A stretch of DNA of 24,617 bases from a virus. Lineage: Duplodnaviria; Caudoviricetes. The stretch covers positions 1 to 24,617 of IMG/VR virus record IMGVR_UViG_3300025372_000925; one strand, 5' to 3'. Positions 1-6,261 of this stretch are shown here, piece by piece (position 1 is the first letter of the stretch; the number at the start of each line of letters is the position of its first letter). The notes beneath the pieces were generated by a model, which did no database searches, was not told the DNA's origin, and worked only from the letters and a program-made list of their open reading frames with translations. The position numbers were made by a program, and so were the translations under genes.

Positions 1-56
1 GTTTTACTTAATTCTAAATCATGATATGAGCTTATTTGAACAAATATGCTTTTCAT
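1..56 (-). CDS. Partial CDS (N-terminus only, runs off the window): putative GT60/'GlcNAc'-family (PF11397-like) glycosyltransferase
   Basis: Not in the ORF track. The ATG at 56..54 overlaps the TGA of the radical SAM gene (TGATG). It translates without a stop to the window edge as MKSIFVQISSYHDLELSK(T). This resembles the N-terminal 'SIFVxIxSYRDxE(L/C)xxT' motif I recall from Skp1-hydroxyproline GlcNAc-transferase (Gnt1)-like proteins. Only 18 full codons are visible. Confidence 0.65.
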   Translation of the reverse strand, partial: MKSIFVQISSYHDLELSK

Positions 57-1027
57 CAATCTCCCCATATTGCATGGGAGCAAGTTGTACACAAATTTTC
101 AAATGAATGCTTAATTGTTTTTTGCCTTAAATCGCTTTCCCATATCTCTTTAATAGAAGATTGATTTACATTACCAAAAACAGTTTCAAAATTATAATCA
201 TTACAACAAATAAATACATCACCATTTGCGTTAACATGTAGCCAAGTTTGAGTTCTATCTCCCATATTGCTACATCCTATAACTTTGCTTCCTTTTTTAT
301 TGTATCTTTCAATAGCTGGCATATTAGTCATTACTCTATTTTCATCTAGATTACCAGCACGATCTACCAGTCCAGAATTTGTAAAAACATTTATATTTGG
401 AAATATTCTTTTAAAATCATTAAATGCTGTTGCTAAGTCTCCGTCGGTATTTGATAAATTTAGCTTTGGTGCATTTTCAAGTGGTTGCATCCAACCACCA
501 TTTTCTGGCAAAGAACTTTCGTTAATTCCATTTATTTGTATGGACAACATCTGAGAAGGCAAAACTTGTGTGGCATAAGAAATATTATTAATTATTTTAT
601 CATGTATTCTTGGATTACGATTAGTCATTTTTGCCCAAGTGTCTGCGTCAGCTGAAGGTACATTGAAATTAATTAAATCAACAACATCTTTATAATTATT
701 TATTAAATCTGTTTTTTCTGGAGTAAGCGGAATACCATTTGTTAAAACCATCGTTCTAAATTGTAAATCACGCATTACTTTTAACATTCCCTCAAAATCT
801 TTATACAAAAGTACTTCATTATAATGGGCGGTATAAACAAATGTAAAATCCGAAGCAACAAAGTCACCAATTCCATTTTTTATTTGTATTAAAATATCTA
901 TTAATGTATCTAAAGGCATATTCTTTTTACCAATTTCTGGATTAGGAGAGTATGCTACTGGACAAAACCAACAGCCAGAATTACATAAACCATTTGGATC
1001 TAGCTGCACTAGTTTTATTTGAGACAT
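56..1027 (-). CDS. Radical SAM enzyme with C-terminal Twitch/SPASM auxiliary Fe-S domain
   Basis: CxxxCxxC motif (C15-NSG-C19-WF-C22), 'YNEVLL' and 'LTNG' core motifs, and C-terminal C-X21-CC-X37-CxxC with the 'HVNANGDVFICC...FGNV....IKEIW' signature of SPASM/Twitch domains. Confidence 0.93.
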   Translation of the reverse strand: MSQIKLVQLDPNGLCNSGCWFCPVAYSPNPEIGKKNMPLDTLIDILIQIKNGIGDFVASDFTFVYTAHYNEVLLYKDFEGMLKVMRDLQFRTMVLTNGIPLTPEKTDLINNYKDVVDLINFNVPSADADTWAKMTNRNPRIHDKIINNISYATQVLPSQMLSIQINGINESSLPENGGWMQPLENAPKLNLSNTDGDLATAFNDFKRIFPNINVFTNSGLVDRAGNLDENRVMTNMPAIERYNKKGSKVIGCSNMGDRTQTWLHVNANGDVFICCNDYNFETVFGNVNQSSIKEIWESDLRQKTIKHSFENLCTTCSHAIWGD

Positions 1028-1031
1028 TTAA

Positions 1032-1631
1032 TTAATTCCACCATGCCACTACTGCATACCTAGTGCCAGATATAACTGGGTGAACCGTGTGGTTATAAAT
1101 ATAATTTGATGGGAACATAATCATTTGATTTGCTTTTGGTTTAATTTTTAAATTAAATCTACCAAATTCTATTTCCCCGCCCTCATAATCTTCATTTAGA
1201 TAAAAACTCATAGATACTGTGCGTGGATAAGATTTTGCATCATCATAATGATTAATAAAATGATTATTTTTACCATATTTTAATATTTGCCATCCTTCTG
1301 AATCAGCCCATTGGGATGCTGCATATAAATTTTTATAATGATTAATTGCGGGATACAAAGATTCATTTAAAAAATCATGAACCATTACTTGTGCATAAGG
1401 GGTAGTTTCTCTTAATGGTTGATTATTATCAATAGGAGGCAAAGATATTGTTTTGCAATCTCTTATGCTTTTAACCACACCATTTTCATAACCAGTTTGT
1501 TGACCAGCATCCGCCCAAGCTAAATTATTTATTAATACCAATCCTTCAAGATCATTAATAAAATCTTCTGGATTTTCAATTACATTGGTATAACTTACAA
1601 TACCCGTGGCAAGTTCTTCAAATTCAAACAT
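1032..1631 (-). CDS. 2OG-Fe(II) oxygenase, prolyl-4-hydroxylase-like (2OG-FeII_Oxy_3 type)
   Basis: HxD (HYD)...H (NHTVHPV)...R (GTRY) facial-triad and 2OG-binding pattern, with 'QILKY', 'RTVSMSFYLNEDYEGGEIEF' and 'MFPS' motifs typical of P4H-like enzymes. Confidence 0.92.
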   Translation of the reverse strand: MFEFEELATGIVSYTNVIENPEDFINDLEGLVLINNLAWADAGQQTGYENGVVKSIRDCKTISLPPIDNNQPLRETTPYAQVMVHDFLNESLYPAINHYKNLYAASQWADSEGWQILKYGKNNHFINHYDDAKSYPRTVSMSFYLNEDYEGGEIEFGRFNLKIKPKANQMIMFPSNYIYNHTVHPVISGTRYAVVAWWN

Positions 1632-1635
1632 CTAA

Positions 1636-1914
1636 TTACCATTTTCCTATTGGACAAGTTGCTTCTTTCATTTTTGTTTTTACATTCATAAAACAACCAC
1701 ATTTTTTACATTGCTTTGTTAATTTAATTAATTCTGGGCAAACCTTACATATTTCATATCTTTTTTCGCCTTCTTCAGAATCCCATTGTGTATTAGGGTT
1801 TAAAATATCCCATGGCTTTACATCTTTTTTATTATTTTCTTTATGTAAGATTTTTGGATCTATTCCTGCATTTTGTTCTTTCCATAACTGCCAAGGTGTT
1901 TTTTCTTCAGACAT
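1636..1914 (-). CDS. Small Cys-rich protein, DUF6171-like
   Basis: C-terminal RxxICxxC...CxxCGCF...K....CPxGKW pattern with 6 Cys. Its ATG overlaps the upstream stop (TAATG at 1912-1916). Confidence 0.75.
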   Translation of the reverse strand: MSEEKTPWQLWKEQNAGIDPKILHKENNKKDVKPWDILNPNTQWDSEEGEKRYEICKVCPELIKLTKQCKKCGCFMNVKTKMKEATCPIGKW

Positions 1915-2291
1915 TACTCTATCCTATCTAATACTATTTTGGGTTGGCTTAACAATGCTGCAATCAACATCTTTGCCTTATCAGTTTGATTATACATTAT
2001 TCTTCCTAAATAAGTTGAATCTTTTAGAAAAGCTATTCTTGTTAAATTAGTTTTATTATAATCTATTGAAATCACTCCCCCAATATCATAAAAATTTGTT
2101 CCATCCCATTCACTGCCAACAATTGGATCATACGGCAAAGAAGAAATATCAATAAATTTATTAGATGAATTAAACATAACTTCATACATAGCAGATACTT
2201 CATCAGATGGAATTTGCGTAATTGGATCTATCTCAACATAATCAAAGGGGATAATCTCTTTATCTATAATTAAATTATAATACTTTTTCAA
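1914..2291 (-). CDS. Hypothetical protein (125 aa), start re-called to TTG at 2291; possible fibre-associated or assembly protein
   Basis: The track's start at 2339 is the TTG of the TTGACA -35 box. An in-frame TTG at 2291 lies 5 nt after an AAGGAG Shine-Dalgarno and downstream of the promoter. Contains 'PIVGSEWDGTNF'. Confidence 0.7.
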   Translation of the reverse strand: MKKYYNLIIDKEIIPFDYVEIDPITQIPSDEVSAMYEVMFNSSNKFIDISSLPYDPIVGSEWDGTNFYDIGGVISIDYNKTNLTRIAFLKDSTYLGRIMYNQTDKAKMLIAALLSQPKIVLDRIE

Positions 2292-2310
2292 AATTACTCC
2301 TTTTTTATTT

Positions 2311-2339
2311 ATTATATCATTGTAAGTAAATGATGTCAA
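2311..2339 (-). promoter_or_regulatory. Consensus sigma70/sigmaA promoter with extended -10
   Basis: Minus strand reads TTGACA-TCATTTACTTACAATGA (17 nt)-TATAAT, with TG in the extended -10 position, followed by AAGGAG and a TTG start. Confidence 0.9.
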
Positions 2340-2342
2340 TAA

Positions 2343-3950
2343 TTAGCAGCAATGGTCTCCAGCACAAAGTCCCGCACAGTTGTAAAATCCATTGCCATAA
2401 TGACCACAAGATTGACCTTGGTTTGGCGAACAGGTTGAAGTTGGAGCTGGCGTTGAAGTTGAAGTACTTGTTGAAGTTGAAGTACTTGTTGAAGTTGGAG
2501 CTGGCGTTGAAGTTGAAGTACTTGTTGAAGTTGAAGTACTTGTTGAAGTTGGAGCTGGTGTTGCTGATCCACAACATTGCCATGTATAAGGGATATTGTA
2601 TTGTGTATAATTTCCAAGATAAGGCAATCCTAAATCTGCACATGTATAGCTTGTTGGATTTGTTACTTGTCCTGGGCAAGCTGGTAAAGTTGGTGCTGGT
2701 GTTGATGTAGATGTTGTAGTAGATGTAGGCGTTGGTGTTGTAGTAGATGTAGGCGTTGGTGTTGTAGTAGATGTAGGCGTTGGTGTTGTAGTAGATGTTG
2801 ATGTAGGAGTTGGAGTTGCTGATAAGCAATATTGAATAATTTGATTATATGATGTACAAACATAAATTAAACCTAAATCTGCACAAGTGGCATCAGTTGC
2901 TCTTGTTGCTGTATATGGACCGCCAGTTGACGGTGGACATGGTGCAGGCGTTGAAGTTGGTGTAGGCGTTGTGGTAGATGTAGGAGTTGAAGTAGACGTT
3001 GATGTTGGGGTTGGCGTTGGAAATCCTGAACAAGCAGCTGGTACACCCAAATAACTAATAATTTCATTTGAACTTAAACCAGTACTGGGCACTGTTCCTA
3101 CTTTATAGCTGTGACCTGTTGTAGGAGGATTTGGTGGAGTTCCATATGTACCAAAATAATTTCCGCTTGTTCCAGTACAATCAACATAGGCAGCATAACC
3201 ATTTGGATTTGGATTTACTGCTTGTCCTGTTTGAGTTACAGTTCCATCAGAAGATTGTAAATAAAGAGTATCTGATGACCATGATGTTGGCAATGATGAT
3301 ACAGTTATGCTTGCTGCAACTCCAGAGGAATTTGCATTTGCGGTAAAAGAGCCTAGCGGGTTGCTTGCAGTAGTGTAAGAGCTTGCATTATCAAAAGCAA
3401 CATAAGAAAAATTTGAACTGGTTGGATTTGTATATGTCCAAGAAGCTGTGTATCCAATGCTGGTATAATTAGAAAATGTAATTGATGAAAATGATAATGA
3501 AGATTCTGAAATAACTGTTGCAGATGCTGGGCCAACCCAAATAGATTTATTTATCGTTGAACCACTTGTTTCTACTGATCTTACCCAATAATAATAAGTT
3601 AATCCTACAGTTACATTTGTATCAACATAAGAAGTATAAGAAATTCCAGATGAAAAAGGTGTTGATCCAGAGGAGGGAGTGGACCCCGTTGTATTTCTAT
3701 AAAGATCATATGTTAATGTATAACCAGAATCTGCAGTGGCATTGCCCCAAGTAACCTCTACTTCATTGCCACCTAAAGGATATGCATAAATTGAAGCAGG
3801 TGGTTGTAAACCACTACCCGAATAAAATAATTCCCAGGTTCCACCAGCATTTACCCAACCTTTTTGAATTTGCTGCCAAGTTCCACCAGCGTTTGCCCAA
3901 ATTTTAGATATTTTTTGCCATGTTCCACCAGCATTTATGTTAGCAGGCAT
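2343..3950 (-). CDS. Putative tail fibre/receptor-binding protein: N-terminal (NAGGTW)x3 anchor, FN3 domain, Pro/Thr/Ser mucin-like linkers and Cys-rich modules
   Basis: Last gene of the tail module. Three NAGGTW repeats, an FN3 signature (VEVTW...YDLYR...YVDTNVTVGLTYYYWVRSV, about 3511-3803), three PT/ST-rich tracts, and 16 Cys confined to the distal part. Confidence 0.75.
   Translation of the reverse strand: MPANINAGGTWQKISKIWANAGGTWQQIQKGWVNAGGTWELFYSGSGLQPPASIYAYPLGGNEVEVTWGNATADSGYTLTYDLYRNTTGSTPSSGSTPFSSGISYTSYVDTNVTVGLTYYYWVRSVETSGSTINKSIWVGPASATVISESSLSFSSITFSNYTSIGYTASWTYTNPTSSNFSYVAFDNASSYTTASNPLGSFTANANSSGVAASITVSSLPTSWSSDTLYLQSSDGTVTQTGQAVNPNPNGYAAYVDCTGTSGNYFGTYGTPPNPPTTGHSYKVGTVPSTGLSSNEIISYLGVPAACSGFPTPTPTSTSTSTPTSTTTPTPTSTPAPCPPSTGGPYTATRATDATCADLGLIYVCTSYNQIIQYCLSATPTPTSTSTTTPTPTSTTTPTPTSTTTPTPTSTTTSTSTPAPTLPACPGQVTNPTSYTCADLGLPYLGNYTQYNIPYTWQCCGSATPAPTSTSTSTSTSTSTSTPAPTSTSTSTSTSTSTSTPAPTSTCSPNQGQSCGHYGNGFYNCAGLCAGDHCC
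2434..2558. repeat. Perfect 54-bp tandem repeat (about 2.3 copies) made of 18-bp subunits A-B-B-A-B-B-A'
   Basis: A = gttgaagttggagctggc and B = gttgaagttgaagtactt on the + strand. Encodes PAPTSTSTSTSTSTSTST in the 535-aa protein. Confidence 0.95.
2712..2798. repeat. Perfect 24-bp tandem repeat (about 3.6 copies)
   Basis: Unit tgttgtagtagatgtaggcgttgg at 2712, 2736, 2760 and partially at 2784. Encodes PTPTSTTT. Confidence 0.95.
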
Positions 3951-5336
3951 TTACCAACCCACCCAAATATCTCCAGAAGATCCTCCTGTTGGAGAAGCAT
4001 TTAATGATAGTGGAGATGCCCAAATATTTCTTAAGTGACCCGATGATCCACCATATGAAGGATTTCCATTAATTACGCTTACAACAGAAAAATAGTCATT
4101 TGAAGGACTTGGTCCAACTATCAAAGAGCTATTTGTGCCACCATTACTTAAATTTTGAATTGAAATTCCACTTGTACTGAATGCAGATATTGATGCTACT
4201 TGAGTTGTTCCATAACTAAAAAACAATGAATCTGATCCAGTGTTGGTCATTGCTAAACCGTACTTGCCTGCTTGCAAATATCCTGGAGTTTGTATTACTG
4301 CACCACTAATTGTTCCACCAGAAATATATGGAGAAGTCATTGAAATTGAAGCACTAATTGTGCCACCAGTGATGGCTCCAGCATCAATATTTGCTATGGT
4401 TAATCCACTAACTTGGACTTGTGTCCAAGAGGTACCGCCATTGCATATATATTGTGCAATAACAATATGTGCACTATTATATGAAAACCAAGTATCTCCA
4501 GCTAATCCTGAAGTAACCCCAGAAGTAACTCCTCCAACTGGTATTGATGAAGGAAATGTAGAGGATTGAGAACTGCTTCCTGAAGCAGTAGTAACTGTAT
4601 ATTGTACTCCATTTGGTGCATAGCTTGTAGTTAGTGTTGTACCTGTACTATAATAAATTTTATTTTTACCATTTGCAGCAGTTTGTGCAACAGTAGTTGC
4701 AGTTGAGTTTATATAAGAAACTGTAGATTGTCCATTAATTGTTGCAGCAGAAACATCTCCTTTAAAGAAAGCATTACCAGAGGAATCAATTCTAAAGTTT
4801 TGAGAGGTAATTGAACCATTATTTAAATTAATATATGTTCCAGCTGTTGAGTATGCAGAACCATCAGTCAATGTTGATGGTGAATAGTTTGTGCTTTGAA
4901 TTGCTGGAGAAGTAATTGTTCCTGCAAAATACGCATCTCCTGTTGCTGCATTTAAATAAAACTCTCTTGTGCCCTGTTTAAAAGCAGCAATACCAGTATT
5001 ATTCATTACTACGCCTGTGCCAGTTGTTGTACCTGTAACTACATTAAACTTGCCCAGATTTGTTGGGAATGGGTTGTTTGTATTTTGTGCAAATATTGAA
5101 CCACCATTCAAAAGTATATCTGTTCCATTATTTACTGTAAGGGCATTTAATCCGCTTGGGGCTACATCTGAAGCTTTAAATGGGATTGAAGCATAATCTG
5201 AATAGGTTCTAGTTCCATCCGCATTATTTTTATAAGCTCTAACTAAAAGCACATAGGAGGTACCTGGAGTTAACCCTGTTTGAGTTAACGATGTTTGGGT
5301 AGTTGATGCAGGTGTCCATTGTGCATTAGTTGCCAT
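3951..5336 (-). CDS. Minor tail protein / tail fibre shaft
   Basis: G/S/T-rich. N-terminal FN3-like fragment (GLTPGTSYVLLVRAY), repeated 'GDAYFAGTI'/'GNAFFKGDV' strands, and 'ANGKNKIYYS...GDTWF', 'IANIDAGAITGGTISA' and terminal 'GDIW' motifs typical of siphovirus fibres. Lies in the tail module. Confidence 0.75.
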   Translation of the reverse strand: MATNAQWTPASTTQTSLTQTGLTPGTSYVLLVRAYKNNADGTRTYSDYASIPFKASDVAPSGLNALTVNNGTDILLNGGSIFAQNTNNPFPTNLGKFNVVTGTTTGTGVVMNNTGIAAFKQGTREFYLNAATGDAYFAGTITSPAIQSTNYSPSTLTDGSAYSTAGTYINLNNGSITSQNFRIDSSGNAFFKGDVSAATINGQSTVSYINSTATTVAQTAANGKNKIYYSTGTTLTTSYAPNGVQYTVTTASGSSSQSSTFPSSIPVGGVTSGVTSGLAGDTWFSYNSAHIVIAQYICNGGTSWTQVQVSGLTIANIDAGAITGGTISASISMTSPYISGGTISGAVIQTPGYLQAGKYGLAMTNTGSDSLFFSYGTTQVASISAFSTSGISIQNLSNGGTNSSLIVGPSPSNDYFSVVSVINGNPSYGGSSGHLRNIWASPLSLNASPTGGSSGDIWVGW

Positions 5337-5344
5337 TTGTTATC

Positions 5345-6253
5345 CTAACTTAATTGCAAGTAATATTCTATGTCTAACGGTATACCGTATGTTTTTGCAA
5401 TAGGTGTTGTTAGAATAGATCTACTTACAATTCCCGTCGTATTTGTAATCTCACCCAATACTGAAACTTTTATTGCGTCTACAGTAATTGCTGATGAACT
5501 GCCAGATGTACTTAATGATATTGATTTAACTGTAGATAAAGAAGATATGGTTGATGGGAAGCTTGCAGACAATATTTGATAACCAGTTCCGCTAAAGCTG
5601 TAGGTTGTGGAAACTGTTGCTCCATTTACATCTGTAAGTGTTGCAGTCAATGTTCCAGAACTTCCTGACCCAACATTAGCTAGTATATTTAAACTATCAA
5701 GTTGTGTATAAGAAGATAGGTTTAAGAAAAAGTTACTATTTGTTATAGTAGTATTTGCAGCCATATTTAAACTATACAAACCTACTCTTGGAGATATTGT
5801 GCTTTGTGCAGCATAAGCATTCGTTGTAATACTTCCGCTTGCTACCGTCCAATCATTTGGTGTTGAAAAATCAGTTAGGATTAATGTATCCCTGTTTCCA
5901 AATACATTTGTAGTACTTATTGGAAATACTCCGACCTCATATATATTAGCAGAAAGAGATGAGTCCAGGGTTCCTTTTACTATTAATAGATTAGGACTTG
6001 CTATTTGAAAAGACTTTAAGGTTACAGCACTTCTGGCAACTTCATATGCAAGGGCTAAATCTGAAACTGCTGGTGCTGTATTTGCGGGAGCTATTGCAGA
6101 AGGCATTGCACCTACAGCTATTGATGATGCCCATTCAGATAAAGATCCGCTTAAATATTGCAGTATTGCAGTCTTGCCATTAGTAGTAATGACATTTTCA
6201 GATCTTCCTATTTCTTGTCCATCTTGTTTAAATACGTAAGTTCCCTTTAACAT
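5345..6253 (-). CDS. Minor tail protein, tail-collar/fibre-attachment-like
   Basis: 'NVITTNGK..IL.YL...IAVG...LAYEVAR...IYEVGVF' N-terminal pattern and 'SRSIL..PIAK....LDIEY.L' C-terminal pattern seen in tail-collar/baseplate proteins. GGAG RBS upstream. Confidence 0.65.
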   Translation of the reverse strand: MLKGTYVFKQDGQEIGRSENVITTNGKTAILQYLSGSLSEWASSIAVGAMPSAIAPANTAPAVSDLALAYEVARSAVTLKSFQIASPNLLIVKGTLDSSLSANIYEVGVFPISTTNVFGNRDTLILTDFSTPNDWTVASGSITTNAYAAQSTISPRVGLYSLNMAANTTITNSNFFLNLSSYTQLDSLNILANVGSGSSGTLTATLTDVNGATVSTTYSFSGTGYQILSASFPSTISSLSTVKSISLSTSGSSSAITVDAIKVSVLGEITNTTGIVSRSILTTPIAKTYGIPLDIEYYLQLS

Positions 6254-6261
6254 TATTCTCC

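Noticed and set aside
1-1631. DNA hypermodification (TET/JBP oxygenase plus glycosyltransferase) reading of the operon
   Set aside because: The oxygenase motifs are P4H-like, no methyltransferase or nucleotide-metabolism gene is adjacent, and the context is the tail module. Disfavoured but not excluded.
56-1914. Classical RiPP cluster with the 92-aa protein as precursor
   Set aside because: The 92-aa protein looks like a folded Cys-rich domain family. No RRE, peptidase or transporter is visible, and the rSAM has a single Twitch-type Cys set.
2292-2339. N-terminal 16 codons of the 141-aa track ORF
   Set aside because: They coincide with the -35, -10 and Shine-Dalgarno elements. The TTG at 2291 is the better start.
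2434-2798. Possible CRISPR array
   Set aside because: The repeats are head-to-tail with no unique spacers, are multiples of 3, lie inside a CDS, and no cas genes are present.
2317-2863. Alternative-frame and antisense ORFs over the repeats (2330..2710 +, 2317..2829 -, 2336..2617 -, 2663..2863 -) with LKLKYL, NFNKYF or QLQQVL repeats
   Set aside because: They are shadows of stop-free tandem repeats inside the 535-aa gene and have no convincing RBS or independent context.
2343-3950. Diversity-generating retroelement target
   Set aside because: No reverse transcriptase and no TR/VR pair differing at adenines was seen. The shared TCADLGL stretch is only 14 bp.
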